From an uncultured Desulfobacter sp. (GTDB taxonomy: Bacteria > Desulfobacterota > Desulfobacteria > Desulfobacterales > Desulfobacteraceae): a stretch of 64,000 bases of DNA. Position numbers and translations under genes: made by a program. How positions within the stretch are numbered: position 1 is the stretch's first letter; the number at the start of each line of letters is the position of its first letter. The DNA lies in NCBI GenBank assembly GCA_963665095.1, contig OY762069.1, forward strand, positions 1,696,001 through 1,760,000, read 5' to 3'. The notes under the pieces were generated by a model. The model saw nothing but the letters and a program-made list of their open reading frames with translations. It was not told the DNA's origin and made no database searches. This document shows positions 29,601 through 40,045 of the stretch, one piece after another.

Positions 29601-32439
29601 ATACACCTATTTTGACACGGTGTCATATATGTGGGAACGAGGAGATGCCTTGCTAAACGTCCTGGCAGAAACCGAAAAGACAATTGAGTTTAACGAAAAG
29701 ACAAAAAATATTCATGGGACCACCATTATTCTGCCCTTTTATCAGATAGTGAAAACACTGATGGCAGGGGATGGGGATTTCTGCAATTTCAGCCAGGACG
29801 GATTCAGTGAAAAAGAGTACATTGAGACCAATGAGGGAAACCCCATGGCTCTTTGTTTTCTTTATGTGTATAAAACCCAGCTGGCCTATATGGGCGGTGC
29901 TTTTAACGAAGCTTACGCCTTTGGGGTAAAGGCCCGGGCTCACCTCCTTTATATCACCGGAATCATTTCAGCCCAGACAGGAATTTTTTACGCAGCCCTA
30001 AGCGCCTGTGCGGTGCTGGCCCCGGACAGCGACCAATGGGACACCGTCACCCGGGCCTTGGAGCAGATGCATGAGTGGAGTAAGGGATCTTCCGACAATT
30101 TTAAACATAAATTTCACTTCCTGGAAGCAGAGATTGCCAGAAAAAAGGGGGATATTACGCAGGCCATTCGATGTTATATCCAGGCGATTCTGGCAGTCAG
30201 ACAGAACCGCTTTCTGCATGAAAAAGCCTTGATCTGTGAAAGGTTTGCCGCTTTCTGGGAGGAGCAGGAGAATACGGAGTTAAGTGAGTATTACGTAAGG
30301 GAGGCCATCCAGGATTACGAGGAATGGGGCGCAACGCTAAAGAGCCGGCAGCTAAGGCAGAAATACCACAAGATCCACTTTGAAAGCCAGTCCCATGGCC
30401 TGGATCTCTTAAGCGTCATCAATGCCCAGAATGCCCTTGCCCAGGAGACCAATATAAAGGCCCTTTTAAAACAGATGATGCAGATTCTTCTTGAGGTGTC
30501 CGGTGCTGAACGAGGATTTCTGATTCTTAAAGACACAGCGTGGTGTATTGAGGCGTTCAAAACCATTGAAGGTGAAGAAATTTTTCTGGAAAGCCTGCCT
30601 TTAAGCGAAAACATGCTCTGCGTTGACATGGTCAACTACGTGATCCGTACCGGCCAGACTGCCAACCTTGAACAGCTGCCAGTCCATCTGGAGGATCCTT
30701 ATCTGAACCGTGTAAAGCCGCAATCCCTGATTGCCCTGCCTGCGGTTGTCAGCTCCAGAATCATTGCCGTGATCTATCTGGAACACAGGCGGATTAAAAA
30801 TATATTTACCGCCAGCCGTAAAGAGACAATCAAACTGTTGTCCACCCAAATCGCCATATCCCTGAACAATGCCCAGATTTACAACCAGCTGGAGCAGCGG
30901 GTCCAGGAGCGGACCCGGGAGCTGGCCGCCCAGAACGAAGCGCTTAAGGTTGCCCGCAGAAAAGCGGATGAGGCCAATGAGGCCAAGTCGGAATTTTTAA
31001 ACAACATGAGCCATGAACTGCGTACGCCGCTGATTGCGGTCACGGGTTTCAGTGAACTTTTATCCACTTTGGTTTCCGACCCCAAGCAGAAAAGCTATCT
31101 GGAAGCCATCAAAACCGCGGGAAAAAATCTGGTCACCCTGGTAAACGATGTGCTGGATCTGTCAAAAATTGAGGCAGGCAAGATGGAGCTTGCCCCCGCA
31201 CCTGTAAATCTGAAAACCATTTTCATGGAGATCGAGCAGATTTTCAGAATAAAATGCAAGGCAAAAAAGATAGGTTTTCTTATATCCCATTGTCCGGGAC
31301 TGCCCGACCGTCTCTTTCTTGATGAAATCAGGATCAGACAGATCCTGTTAAACCTTGTGGGAAATGCCGTAAAATTCACGGATAAGGGTGAGGTGACGCT
31401 CTCATCACGGATAAAAAAAACAGATGAAAACAAACTGGCATTAACCATATCCGTCCAGGATACAGGAATCGGAATCGCCAAAAAGGAACAGGAGAGCATT
31501 TTTAACTCCTTTGAGCAGCAGAAAAACCAGAACACAGCCAAGTATGGGGGAACAGGCCTTGGCCTTGCCATCACCCGGCGGCTGGTGCGCCTGATGGAGG
31601 GCAGCATTTCCGTCGCAAGTACACCCGGCAAAGGCAGCCGGTTTGATGTCCGGCTTTTTGATGTGAAAAAGGCCGGAGCCGGCGATCCGGGGCCTGAGAT
31701 CCCCGCCAGCCCCCTTGAAAATATCGAGTTCAACCGGGAAAGAATACTTGTTGTGGATACCACTGATGCCAACCGCCTCTTTCTGCAGGAGGCCCTGTCT
31801 AAAATGAATCTGGAAGTGATGACAGCCAATAATGGACATGAAGCCCTGCTGCTTTCCATTGAGCTGATACCGGACCTCATTTTAATGGATATCAGAATGC
31901 CGGTAATCAGCGGTTTTGAGGCTGTCGAACTATTGAAAAATCGCCCGGAAACCAGACAGGTGCCTGTTATCGCATTATCCGCTTCTCCGACCAGGGAAGA
32001 AAAAGAAGCGGCTTTATCTGAAGGGTTTGACGGTTACCTGTCAAAACCCATCCATCTTGACACACTGTTATCTGTATTATCCCAATATCTGACCTACAAA
32101 ACCCTTACTGCCGCACCGGGTGCAGTTGCAGGCCCCTGCGACCGGCTGCCTATAGGAAAAGCGGATCAGCCGGACGTCCTTTGCCGGCACTTGAGAAATG
32201 ATATATTGCCCTTGTTTGACAACCTGAAAAATGCCTTTATCGCAAGTGACTTTAAAAAGCTGGGGGAAAACCTTGCTAAAACGGGAGAAGAGTTCAACAT
32301 AAAAGAATTTTCTGACCTGGGAAGCCACATGCTTGACCTTTTAAACGCCTTTGACATCAAGAAAATGCAGGACTGTCTGCAAAGATATGCTAAAATCATT
32401 GAAACATCCATCCCCAACCTGGAGAGGCCCCATGAGTGA
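26665..32439 (+). CDS. HstK-like multi-domain sensor: Ser/Thr kinase-like - AAA - TPR-like - GAF - histidine kinase - receiver
   Basis: GYSGVGKS, LFLDDLQW, KTNGNAFF, FTHDKIQQA, MSHELRTPL, NLVGNAVKFT, GTGLGL, ILMDIRMP. Alternative start 26602. Confidence 0.9.
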   Translation: MKLGKYEILEIFKTEKYKTIYSAQADRKRFLVHEYRNAQMADHEEKITACLSGCHVDQFIDSYQFKGKKLLVQKIYTGVTSDQYFNDHSLLAEKIAIARSVLATLKKIHDAGVIYNNLSLKNITIEPSGNVMLHNFLPAVLSGDDAIHEFNNLTDPCFTAPEQTERMEGKTSFSSDYYSFGIFMYWLLTKRLPFNAEDLSALILLHVAQQPTRPSRVDEQIPENLSSIVEKLLEKAPSNRYRSIEGILHDLDHFFDPNFQLAGMDMDIQFRVCAKIYGREEEADRLKKAADSLKEGKVSLVSISGYSGVGKSTLVLEFQKSIAARTFRFISGKFQQYKKDTPYFALIEAFDSLFDMLLLSKQAVLDEFCMSFKMAIGDQGQVLTSVFPKLELIVGTQKPVEELVGENAQNRFNYCFIIFINLIATRQRPLILFLDDLQWTDLVSLNVLRAVFQHMTGFLLVVLCHRSNEVGPHHPFRQWLNDIGTLQIPYERITVTDLRPGDVSALVADSLGRPNPELSRMVFEKTNGNAFFIHQLLNGMADDNFFIRDVKNKAWQVDLKKVSSLKVSSNVVELMQARLTRLPAKVANLIKVIGAVGHNVDLDVLAIVTAKSTDYIRQTLRQPFEYGLLVLKKNRLYFTHDKIQQACYQLNMPEDLPRLHFTIADTLMRNKLNQRLDDLFNLAGHLDKGFDHISDNLEEYIKIYMKAALKSKEISAYHKFLHYMEKALSLLEKNHPESLRNKICCQYHIALYLNSRFKEADAFFNDKLSRIQDHLTLRENYFAKVSQDSMLKNYKQAVELGMEVLKPFRVSLTADPSAEQLIRLMDEMGSGLKQCGITSISDLQKIKQQNKDEMEFICGIIMAMLPASYFYNPKISCLLFFATVQLALKNGVFETMAYAFAIASMPFILIKNDYRSAFQYVEFAVQAAGANKRALGNAKHILILVTWHWNRPMKDDTALEIARDAHHLLVQGGDIQMAGYTYFDTVSYMWERGDALLNVLAETEKTIEFNEKTKNIHGTTIILPFYQIVKTLMAGDGDFCNFSQDGFSEKEYIETNEGNPMALCFLYVYKTQLAYMGGAFNEAYAFGVKARAHLLYITGIISAQTGIFYAALSACAVLAPDSDQWDTVTRALEQMHEWSKGSSDNFKHKFHFLEAEIARKKGDITQAIRCYIQAILAVRQNRFLHEKALICERFAAFWEEQENTELSEYYVREAIQDYEEWGATLKSRQLRQKYHKIHFESQSHGLDLLSVINAQNALAQETNIKALLKQMMQILLEVSGAERGFLILKDTAWCIEAFKTIEGEEIFLESLPLSENMLCVDMVNYVIRTGQTANLEQLPVHLEDPYLNRVKPQSLIALPAVVSSRIIAVIYLEHRRIKNIFTASRKETIKLLSTQIAISLNNAQIYNQLEQRVQERTRELAAQNEALKVARRKADEANEAKSEFLNNMSHELRTPLIAVTGFSELLSTLVSDPKQKSYLEAIKTAGKNLVTLVNDVLDLSKIEAGKMELAPAPVNLKTIFMEIEQIFRIKCKAKKIGFLISHCPGLPDRLFLDEIRIRQILLNLVGNAVKFTDKGEVTLSSRIKKTDENKLALTISVQDTGIGIAKKEQESIFNSFEQQKNQNTAKYGGTGLGLAITRRLVRLMEGSISVASTPGKGSRFDVRLFDVKKAGAGDPGPEIPASPLENIEFNRERILVVDTTDANRLFLQEALSKMNLEVMTANNGHEALLLSIELIPDLILMDIRMPVISGFEAVELLKNRPETRQVPVIALSASPTREEKEAALSEGFDGYLSKPIHLDTLLSVLSQYLTYKTLTAAPGAVAGPCDRLPIGKADQPDVLCRHLRNDILPLFDNLKNAFIASDFKKLGENLAKTGEEFNIKEFSDLGSHMLDLLNAFDIKKMQDCLQRYAKIIETSIPNLERPHE

Positions 32440-33013
32440 AGAGACCACCTTAATCCTGATTGTCGATGACAATCCGGAAAACATTCAGTTTTTAGGCAGT
32501 TTATTAATGTCCAACGGGTATGAGGTGGGTGTGGCCCATAATGGGATTGAGGCGCTGACCTTTTGTGAAAAAAAACTGCCGGATCTGATTCTGCTGGATG
32601 TGATCATGCCTGAGATGGATGGGTATAAGTTCTGTGAAGAGCTGAAAAATAATTTAAGAACCAGCCACATTCCGGTCATTTTTTTAACGGCCAAAACAGA
32701 GACCCGGGACATTGTAAGAGGATTTAATGTGGGCGGCGTTGATTATGTTGCCAAACCATTTATCCCGGAAGAACTTCTGGCCCGGGTCAAAACCCACGTT
32801 GAGATGAAGCACTTAAGACATCTGATTCCCATCTGTTCTGTCTGTAAAAAAGTCAGGGATGTGAACGGCTACTGGGAAAGCCTTGAGGCATATGTTGAAA
32901 AATATTCAGATGCATCCTTCAGCCACGGCATGTGCTCCGATTGCGGGGACAAGTTATATGGAAAAGAACCGTGGTATATTGAAATGAAAAAAAATGCCAA
33001 GGGGCCGTCTTGA
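32432..33013 (+). CDS. Response regulator with C-terminal Cys-rich (CxxC...HxxCxxC) domain
   Basis: ILIVDD, LILLDVIMP, KPF; IPICSVCKKVRD..GYW...FSHGMCSDC. Overlaps the kinase stop. Confidence 0.9.
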   Translation: MSEETTLILIVDDNPENIQFLGSLLMSNGYEVGVAHNGIEALTFCEKKLPDLILLDVIMPEMDGYKFCEELKNNLRTSHIPVIFLTAKTETRDIVRGFNVGGVDYVAKPFIPEELLARVKTHVEMKHLRHLIPICSVCKKVRDVNGYWESLEAYVEKYSDASFSHGMCSDCGDKLYGKEPWYIEMKKNAKGPS

Positions 33014-33158
33014 TTTTCCTTTAATTTATTTAAAATTTTGTCTATAAACCCCAGCGCTGTATTAAATTCACCCAACACTGTATAAAGTTCAGGTTGGGAT
33101 CGGATGTATGGATATGCTACCGGTATTTCAGCATGTCTAATCCCTTTAAAAAATTCTT

Positions 33159-34502
33159 ATGCAACGTCGGGGGAAACACCCTTCCGGAAATGAAAGTCAG
33201 ATCAGAGGTCAAACGTTGAAAATTTTGGATCTGGGCGCAACTGAGAAAAATGTATTTGCCCGCCACCTTGTCTATTCACTCATCGAAGGAATTCTGGCCG
33301 GTATTGTGGTCCTCAACGAGTTCGTGTTTATCAAAAGCCTGAACGGATCACAGATGCAGCTGGCCGTTCTTTTTCAAACCAGCATCATTGTGTTTCTTTT
33401 CTCTGTTGTGATCCATGAGCTGGTCAAACGGTTTAAAAAGAAGACAACCCTTAAAGCAACAGCCTTGATCACCCGTGTCCCTTTGCTGCTGACCCTGTTT
33501 TTCCCGAAAACAGCGCTGCCTCCCCGGGAAATGGTGCTGTATCATTATCTGTTTGTGCTGATTTTTCTTTTTTATTACCTCTCCATGCCCATTGTGTATC
33601 CGATTATCAACAGCATTTTGAAAAACAACTACAGCCATGCCCATTTTGGGACGTTATACAGCTATGCCACCATGACCAATAAAATTGTCATGATGATCAC
33701 AACCCTGATTTTTGGATGGATGCTGGATGCCAACCCCTTTTCATTTGTTTATGTTTACCCTGTCATGGGAATTCTTGGAATCATCTCCCTGTTTCTGTTA
33801 TCCGGGGCGGTCAGAGTGGACTATTTTCAGTCAAAGGATGAGACCCTTTCTTTGACAGCCTCCCTTGGCAAGTCATTACGGGATATGAAGACCATTATCC
33901 AAACCAACAGGCCCTATCGCGATTTTGAACTGGGGTTTATGCTTTACGGCTTTTCATTCATGCTCACGGCATCGGTGATCACGCTCTTTCTGGTTGAAGC
34001 GCTCAAGCTGAACTACACAAGCATTGCATTTTACAAAAACGCCTATAATGTCATAGCGATTCTGCTACTGCCGTTTTTCGGCAATCTTATCGGCCGGACA
34101 GAGCCAAGAAAATTTGCCGCATTCACCTTTTCAACCCTGCTTTTACATCTTTTTTTCATGGGGCTGACAGAATACTTTCCCTGGTTTTGGGATGTCGGGG
34201 CATACCGATTTTATCTCTTTGTGGTGATCTCCTTTGCCTGGAACGGTGTGTTTGCCGCAAGCATGCCGCTGTTGTGGAATATCGGTTCCGCCTATTTCTG
34301 CAAAGATGATGATGCCGCAGTTTACCAGTCAGTCCATCTGAGCATGGTCGGGGTCAGGGCGCTGATTGCGCCGCTGTTCGGCATCTGGCTCTACCAGGAT
34401 ATCGGATTCACAGGGGTGTTTGGCCTGGGCATATTGCTGCTGGCCTTGTCTGTCCTGGTCATGTTCTGGTCCATGAGACACAATCAAAAAATCCCCAGAT
34501 AG
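33159..34502 (+). CDS. MFS-type transporter
   Basis: About 12 hydrophobic segments in two halves with a central loop; start uncertain. Confidence 0.75.
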   Translation: MQRRGKHPSGNESQIRGQTLKILDLGATEKNVFARHLVYSLIEGILAGIVVLNEFVFIKSLNGSQMQLAVLFQTSIIVFLFSVVIHELVKRFKKKTTLKATALITRVPLLLTLFFPKTALPPREMVLYHYLFVLIFLFYYLSMPIVYPIINSILKNNYSHAHFGTLYSYATMTNKIVMMITTLIFGWMLDANPFSFVYVYPVMGILGIISLFLLSGAVRVDYFQSKDETLSLTASLGKSLRDMKTIIQTNRPYRDFELGFMLYGFSFMLTASVITLFLVEALKLNYTSIAFYKNAYNVIAILLLPFFGNLIGRTEPRKFAAFTFSTLLLHLFFMGLTEYFPWFWDVGAYRFYLFVVISFAWNGVFAASMPLLWNIGSAYFCKDDDAAVYQSVHLSMVGVRALIAPLFGIWLYQDIGFTGVFGLGILLLALSVLVMFWSMRHNQKIPR

Positions 34503-34655
34503 TGCCCTTCGGGGCAGCAGCACACGGCGCTCACCATAACCAAATCGAAAAAAAACTTGCTTTTTCCCTGAAAAAACGGCAGGATGCGAACCTTTGCCAA
34601 AGCCTTTCGGGCATTGCCCGAATTTTGCCATGTTAATTTAGGAAAGACCATATAA

Positions 34656-36272
34656 ATGATTTTCGCAGATAACATCTCCCTTGCCTATGGCAAGCGGGTC
34701 CTGTTCAAAGATGTCAACATCATGTTTAAACCGGGGAACTGTTACGGCCTCATTGGAGCCAACGGGGCCGGGAAAAGTACCTTTTTAAAAATTCTTGCAA
34801 ACGAGATCGAACCGGATACCGGTACTGTATCTGTTGGTCCAAAGGAACGGATTGCCGTGTTACGGCAGGATCATTTTGCCTTTGACAACGAAAAGGTTCT
34901 CGACACGGTCATCATGGGCCATGAAACGCTTTACCGGCTCATGGCCGAACGGGATGCACTGTATGCCAAACCAGACTTCTCCGAAGCGGACGGAATCCGT
35001 TCCGCAGAGATAGAGGTGACGTTTGAAGAGATGAACGGATATGAGGCAGAGTCCGAAGCAGCTGTTCTCCTGAAACACTTAGGCATTGATGAAGCGCTGC
35101 ACACAAAAAAAATGAAAGAGCTGGAAGGCGGTGAAAAAGTCCGCGTTCTTCTCGGACAGGCCCTGTTCGGCAACCCCGATGTCCTGCTCCTTGACGAGCC
35201 CACCAACAACCTGGATATCGACTCCATTACCTGGCTCCAGGAATTCCTGTTCCGGTTCAAGAATACCGTGATTGTGGTTTCCCATGACCGGCATTTCATG
35301 AACCAGGTCTGCACCCACATCGCAGATATTGATTTCAGCAAGATCTCGGTCTATGTGGGCAACTATGATTTCTGGTACCAGGCAAGCCAGCTGAACCTGA
35401 AACAGAAACTGGCAGACAACAAACGCATGACAGACAAAGCAGAGGACCTCAAAGCCTTTATCCGCAGGTTTTCCTCCAATGCCTCCAAATCAAAACAGGC
35501 CACCTCCAGAAAAAAACTTCTGGAGAAGCTGACCATTGAGGAGCTGCCTGTCTCCAGCAGGAAGTACCCTTTTATACGATTCACTCCGGAACGGGAATGC
35601 GGCAATATTATCCTTGAAGTGGAAGGTCTTTCCAAGACCATTGAGGGGGAAAAGGTCCTGGACAATGTGAGCTTCCGGGTGAATGCCGGGGATAAAATCG
35701 CCTTTGTGGGCCCCGACAGCCTTGCCAAAACCGCGCTTTTCGATATCCTGTCCGGAAAGATGCAGGCGGATCAAGGCAGCTTCAGATGGGGTGTCACCAT
35801 CAGCCATTCCTATTTTGCCAAAGAACACGGTGACTTCTTTGAAAAAGACCTTGACCTGATCCGTTGGCTGCTCCAGTTTGCCCCGCCAACCGAGGGCGAA
35901 AGCTTTGCCAGAACCTTTCTGGGCCGGATGCTTTTTTCCGGTGAAGATGCCTTGAAAAAGACCCATATGCTTTCCGGCGGGGAAAAGGTCAGATGCATGT
36001 TTTCAAAAATGATGCTGGCCCAGTCCAATGTCCTGATGCTGGATGAGCCCACCAACCACCTGGATCTTGAGTCCATTACCGCCCTGAACGACAGCCTTGT
36101 GGCCTTCCCCGAAGTGGTGCTGTTCACCTCCCACGACCATGAATTTGTCAACACCATTGCCAGTCGTATCATTGAGATAACACCCGATGGAATCATCGAC
36201 CGGCTCATGTCCTATGACGACTACCTCGAAAGCCGGGAGGTCAGTCGGACACGGGAAAAATTAAGCGCTTAA
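34656..36272 (+). CDS. ABC-F family ATPase (YbiT/YkpA-like)
   Basis: GANGAGKST, LLLDEPTNNLD, VSHDRHF, second LSGGE/DEPTNHLD; no TM segments. Confidence 0.95.
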   Translation: MIFADNISLAYGKRVLFKDVNIMFKPGNCYGLIGANGAGKSTFLKILANEIEPDTGTVSVGPKERIAVLRQDHFAFDNEKVLDTVIMGHETLYRLMAERDALYAKPDFSEADGIRSAEIEVTFEEMNGYEAESEAAVLLKHLGIDEALHTKKMKELEGGEKVRVLLGQALFGNPDVLLLDEPTNNLDIDSITWLQEFLFRFKNTVIVVSHDRHFMNQVCTHIADIDFSKISVYVGNYDFWYQASQLNLKQKLADNKRMTDKAEDLKAFIRRFSSNASKSKQATSRKKLLEKLTIEELPVSSRKYPFIRFTPERECGNIILEVEGLSKTIEGEKVLDNVSFRVNAGDKIAFVGPDSLAKTALFDILSGKMQADQGSFRWGVTISHSYFAKEHGDFFEKDLDLIRWLLQFAPPTEGESFARTFLGRMLFSGEDALKKTHMLSGGEKVRCMFSKMMLAQSNVLMLDEPTNHLDLESITALNDSLVAFPEVVLFTSHDHEFVNTIASRIIEITPDGIIDRLMSYDDYLESREVSRTREKLSA

Positions 36273-36306
36273 AAAGGGATCCGGAAAGGTCAGACAGAAA
36301 AACAGG

Positions 36307-37494
36307 ATGCGATCAGAATACGACGTGGTGATCATCGGTGCCGGTGCTGCGGGACTGATGTGCGCAGCCCAGGCAGGTCTTCGGGGGCGGCGGGTAAAGG
36401 TCCTTGATCACGCCCCAGAACCCGGACGCAAAATCCTTATGTCCGGCGGTGGCCGGTGTAATTTTACAAACCGCCAGGTCAGTGCACAGAACTATATTTC
36501 ATCCAACCCGCACTTTGTAAAATCCGCCCTGAGCCGATACGAGCCCCGGGATTTCATAAAACTTATCCAGGGCCACGGCATTCGGTTCAGCGAACGGGAA
36601 CATGGACAGCTTTTCTGCACAGGCAGCGCCAGGGAGATCCTTTCCATGCTGCTTTCAGAGTGCAACCGTGCGGGCGTTGTCTTTGGATTAAACACGGACA
36701 TCACCGGAATAGAGCGGCTGGATCCGGGCCCTGGTTTCAGGCTCAATACAGCCGGGGAAGAACTCATGGCCTCTTCCCTGGTCATCGCCACCGGCGGGGT
36801 CTCCATCCCCGGTGCAGGAGCCACCCCCTTTGGCTACAAGGTGGCAGAACAGTTTAAAATTCCGGTGGTGCCTCCCAGACCGGGGCTTGTCCCGTTAACG
36901 CTTCAGCCCGGGGACAAGGCAGTGCTTGCCCCCCTGGCCGGGATCTCAGTCAAAGCCCGGGTCAGGTCAGGATCCGCCTGCTTTGAAGAGCAGCTTCTGT
37001 TCACCCACCGGGGTCTCAGCGGCCCTGTGATTCTCCAGATCTCCTCCTTCTGGCAGCCGGGGACAGCTCTGACCATTGACCTGTTACCGGATGAAAATTT
37101 AGCACAACGACTGGAGACAGAACAGAAAACCCGGCCCAAACGCCACCTGAAATCGGTTCTGGCCGAACGACTCCCCAAACGCCTGGTTCAGATCCGCATG
37201 ACAAAAAAACAGTTGAACCGTCCTGTTGGCTCAATTTCCCATCAGGAGATCCAAATGGCCGCAGACGCAATCCATGCCTGGCAAATTCAGCCGGGCGGCA
37301 CTGAAGGATACCGGACTGCCGAAGTGACCGTGGGCGGCATTGACTGCCGCAGATTTTCTTCCAAAACAATGGAATCCAGGGACATTCCCGGGCTGTATGC
37401 CATCGGCGAAGTTCTTGATGTCACGGGCTGGCTGGGCGGTTACAATCTTCAGTGGGCCTGGTCTTCGGCCTGGGCTGCGGGCCAGGTGGTCTGA
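36307..37494 (+). CDS. HI0933/YhiN (BaiN-like) flavoprotein
   Basis: GAGAAG, GRKILMSGGGRCNFTN, LFTHRGLSGP, GWLGGYNLQWAWSS. Confidence 0.95.
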   Translation: MRSEYDVVIIGAGAAGLMCAAQAGLRGRRVKVLDHAPEPGRKILMSGGGRCNFTNRQVSAQNYISSNPHFVKSALSRYEPRDFIKLIQGHGIRFSEREHGQLFCTGSAREILSMLLSECNRAGVVFGLNTDITGIERLDPGPGFRLNTAGEELMASSLVIATGGVSIPGAGATPFGYKVAEQFKIPVVPPRPGLVPLTLQPGDKAVLAPLAGISVKARVRSGSACFEEQLLFTHRGLSGPVILQISSFWQPGTALTIDLLPDENLAQRLETEQKTRPKRHLKSVLAERLPKRLVQIRMTKKQLNRPVGSISHQEIQMAADAIHAWQIQPGGTEGYRTAEVTVGGIDCRRFSSKTMESRDIPGLYAIGEVLDVTGWLGGYNLQWAWSSAWAAGQVV

Positions 37495-37622
37495 ACACTT
37501 CTTTACCGCAGTTGTTGTAAAATAGTATCCCATTTAATTTCGTAACCATTTTACTATCTTTACATTCGTTTCGATCCTATTTAAAATACGGATTGTTAAC
37601 AAAAACACAACGCGCTTCTCCA

Positions 37623-40031
37623 ATGACATATATACAGATTGAAAACCAGCAGCTCGTCTCCCTGGCGGTTAAATGCAAGTTCATTTCTGCAAGTCAGGAA
37701 CAACAGGTATTGTCCGGACTGATTGAAGCCTACCAAAATGATCCAGAGCATAGCGTCGTAACGATCTTCATAGAAAAACAGATCCTTACCCAGGAAAAGA
37801 TCAACGCCCTGATTGCCTTGAGAAAACACCTCAAAGTAAAAATGCTCGACAAGCGGTTCGGAGAAATCGGCATCAGTAACAGGTTTATCACCCCCACGCA
37901 TGTGGAAAATGCTCTGAATGCCCAGGATGCGTTTTTCCGGGAAAACCAGGAAAGTAAAAAAATCGGCGATATTCTTGTGGAGAAAAATGAGATGAGCCAG
38001 GCCGACAGAACGGCCATCCTTCTCACCCAGGACAGGATCGAGGATGACATTCTAGAACAGGCCATCTACGATATTGCCACATCTGAAATGGAACGGATGA
38101 CCATTAACAAGCGCTTTGGGGCCATTGCAGTTAAATATAATTTCATCACCATTGAACAGTTGAACCAGGCGTTAAGGGTTCAAAAAAATAAGGCTGGCCC
38201 GGAAAACAGTAAGCAATATCTGGGTAAAATACTGCAGGAACTTTTTAAACTGACGGACCGGGATATTCTTTCCATTTTAAAAATTCAGAAACAGTTTGAA
38301 AAGGATCGATTATCCCTTGAAAAGGCTGTCACGCTTTACAAATCGGAAATCAGTTCAAGCAAACGATTTAATCAATTATTTGAATTCACCATTTCCAGGA
38401 ATAAAATGCAGGCTTTTGTCCAGCGCAAAATAGAATCCGTTGAACAGATGGAACCCGCCCATTTTTATAACTGGTTAAAGCTCAATGGGATTCGATTCGG
38501 CCTGATCAATAAGGAGTTAATCAAGGTGTTTCTGTCTGACTCCGAAACCGGTGAAAAAATAACCATCGCCAAGGGAAAGCCCCCGACACTGCCAAGTGAC
38601 GAAATCGTTCAGCTTCATTTTGATACCTCAGTGCCCACGGATGAACAGAGTACCAGTCGGCCTCAGGTTAAAAAAGGGACGGTTATAGCGACAATCCAAC
38701 CCCACAAGCCGGGGAAACCCGGGACGGACGTAATGGGACATGTCATACTCCCTTCCGAACCCAGGATGCATCTTCTGATGTGCGGCAGAGGTGTAGTGAA
38801 AAATGGGGAGAAATTTATTGCGGACCAGGATGGTGTGCCACTGCTTTTCAAGCAGAGAACCCTGTTTATTGAGCCTTGCAGCAGTGACCGGCAAACCAGA
38901 AGAGTTAAGGGACACATTGAGACCGACACAAAAGAAAGTTATCTTGATGTGAACTTAAAGGTTGACGGCAGTATCACACAGGGTGGTGCGGTGGCCTGCC
39001 ATGATCTGTCAATCACCGGGGATATACTTGGAAAGGCTGATGCCTCCGGTGATATCGATATCAGAGGGAATATCGGGGAAAATGAATCCGTTGTCCATAA
39101 GTCGGAATATCACACCGTTGTCATATCCGGCGGCAATCTAAAGGTAAAAAAAGATATCTCCCAGGCCAGGGTCGTGGCATCCCGGAATGTGACCGCCCCC
39201 AATGCCAGTGTATTCTCAAGTGACATCCATGCCATGGAAAGCATTGTCTTAAATAATGTCCACTCCAGTGAGATGCACCCTTCGGTTCTTGAGATCGGGC
39301 ACATTCCCAATTTCAGGATAGAGGCTGTTAACCGCTCCATAGATAAGGAAATGGCTGTTTTAAGAACACTTCAAAATCAGGACGAGCTGGATGAGCTGGC
39401 CTTGAAATTACAAAATTATTTCAATGTTCAAAATGAGTATCTGGAAAAAAGGCAGATCCTGACATATCTTCTTAAAATTCTGGAAGCAGATAAATTAAAA
39501 CACATAGCGTCTCTTGGAAACAAAATTCAACTGTACGAACCCGAGCCGTCAGACAATGGGGATGTGCTGTTAAACAGTGAGAATGCTTTGGCCTATATGG
39601 ACGAAGAGGTAAAACAGGTTGAAGGTCTCAGCCCTGACCAGCAGAAGGAGCGCCTGTCCCGGCGACGGGTGGATGTCTCCAAGCTCTACCGGGCCGCTGC
39701 CAACAGGGTAGAGCGGTATTCGGCTGAATACCGGGCCAGACAAAAAATTATATTGGACAAAGTAGCTGAAAAGCAGCATGAAATAAATCAGCAGAGCCAG
39801 AAAATTGACGACTTAAGGATTCAAAAAGATTTTCTTCTCAGTAAACAACCGGAAGCGCAGTCTTTCAAACCCATGATCCGTGTTAAAAACATGATTGAAG
39901 AACATACCGTCATTAAAGGCCCGCATGCTTCAGTGGTTATCAAAAAATCCATCTACGGTGTTAAAATAAGAGAGATAAAAGATGCCGTTTCCGGCAATTT
40001 CGAAATCGCCATAGAGGGATACTATGATTAG
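37623..40031 (+). CDS. FapA/DUF342-family protein with N-terminal MshEN/GspE_N-like repeats
   Basis: RFGEI...FIT...AL..Q, KIGDILVE, RFGAIAV...FIT.EQLNQAL..Q, YLGKIL; then GIRFGLI, IAKGKPP, VKKGTVIA, GKPGTDVMG, a beta-helix-like region and a coiled coil. Confidence 0.75.
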   Translation: MTYIQIENQQLVSLAVKCKFISASQEQQVLSGLIEAYQNDPEHSVVTIFIEKQILTQEKINALIALRKHLKVKMLDKRFGEIGISNRFITPTHVENALNAQDAFFRENQESKKIGDILVEKNEMSQADRTAILLTQDRIEDDILEQAIYDIATSEMERMTINKRFGAIAVKYNFITIEQLNQALRVQKNKAGPENSKQYLGKILQELFKLTDRDILSILKIQKQFEKDRLSLEKAVTLYKSEISSSKRFNQLFEFTISRNKMQAFVQRKIESVEQMEPAHFYNWLKLNGIRFGLINKELIKVFLSDSETGEKITIAKGKPPTLPSDEIVQLHFDTSVPTDEQSTSRPQVKKGTVIATIQPHKPGKPGTDVMGHVILPSEPRMHLLMCGRGVVKNGEKFIADQDGVPLLFKQRTLFIEPCSSDRQTRRVKGHIETDTKESYLDVNLKVDGSITQGGAVACHDLSITGDILGKADASGDIDIRGNIGENESVVHKSEYHTVVISGGNLKVKKDISQARVVASRNVTAPNASVFSSDIHAMESIVLNNVHSSEMHPSVLEIGHIPNFRIEAVNRSIDKEMAVLRTLQNQDELDELALKLQNYFNVQNEYLEKRQILTYLLKILEADKLKHIASLGNKIQLYEPEPSDNGDVLLNSENALAYMDEEVKQVEGLSPDQQKERLSRRRVDVSKLYRAAANRVERYSAEYRARQKIILDKVAEKQHEINQQSQKIDDLRIQKDFLLSKQPEAQSFKPMIRVKNMIEEHTVIKGPHASVVIKKSIYGVKIREIKDAVSGNFEIAIEGYYD

Positions 40032-40045
40032 GTTTTCTCAGCGTT

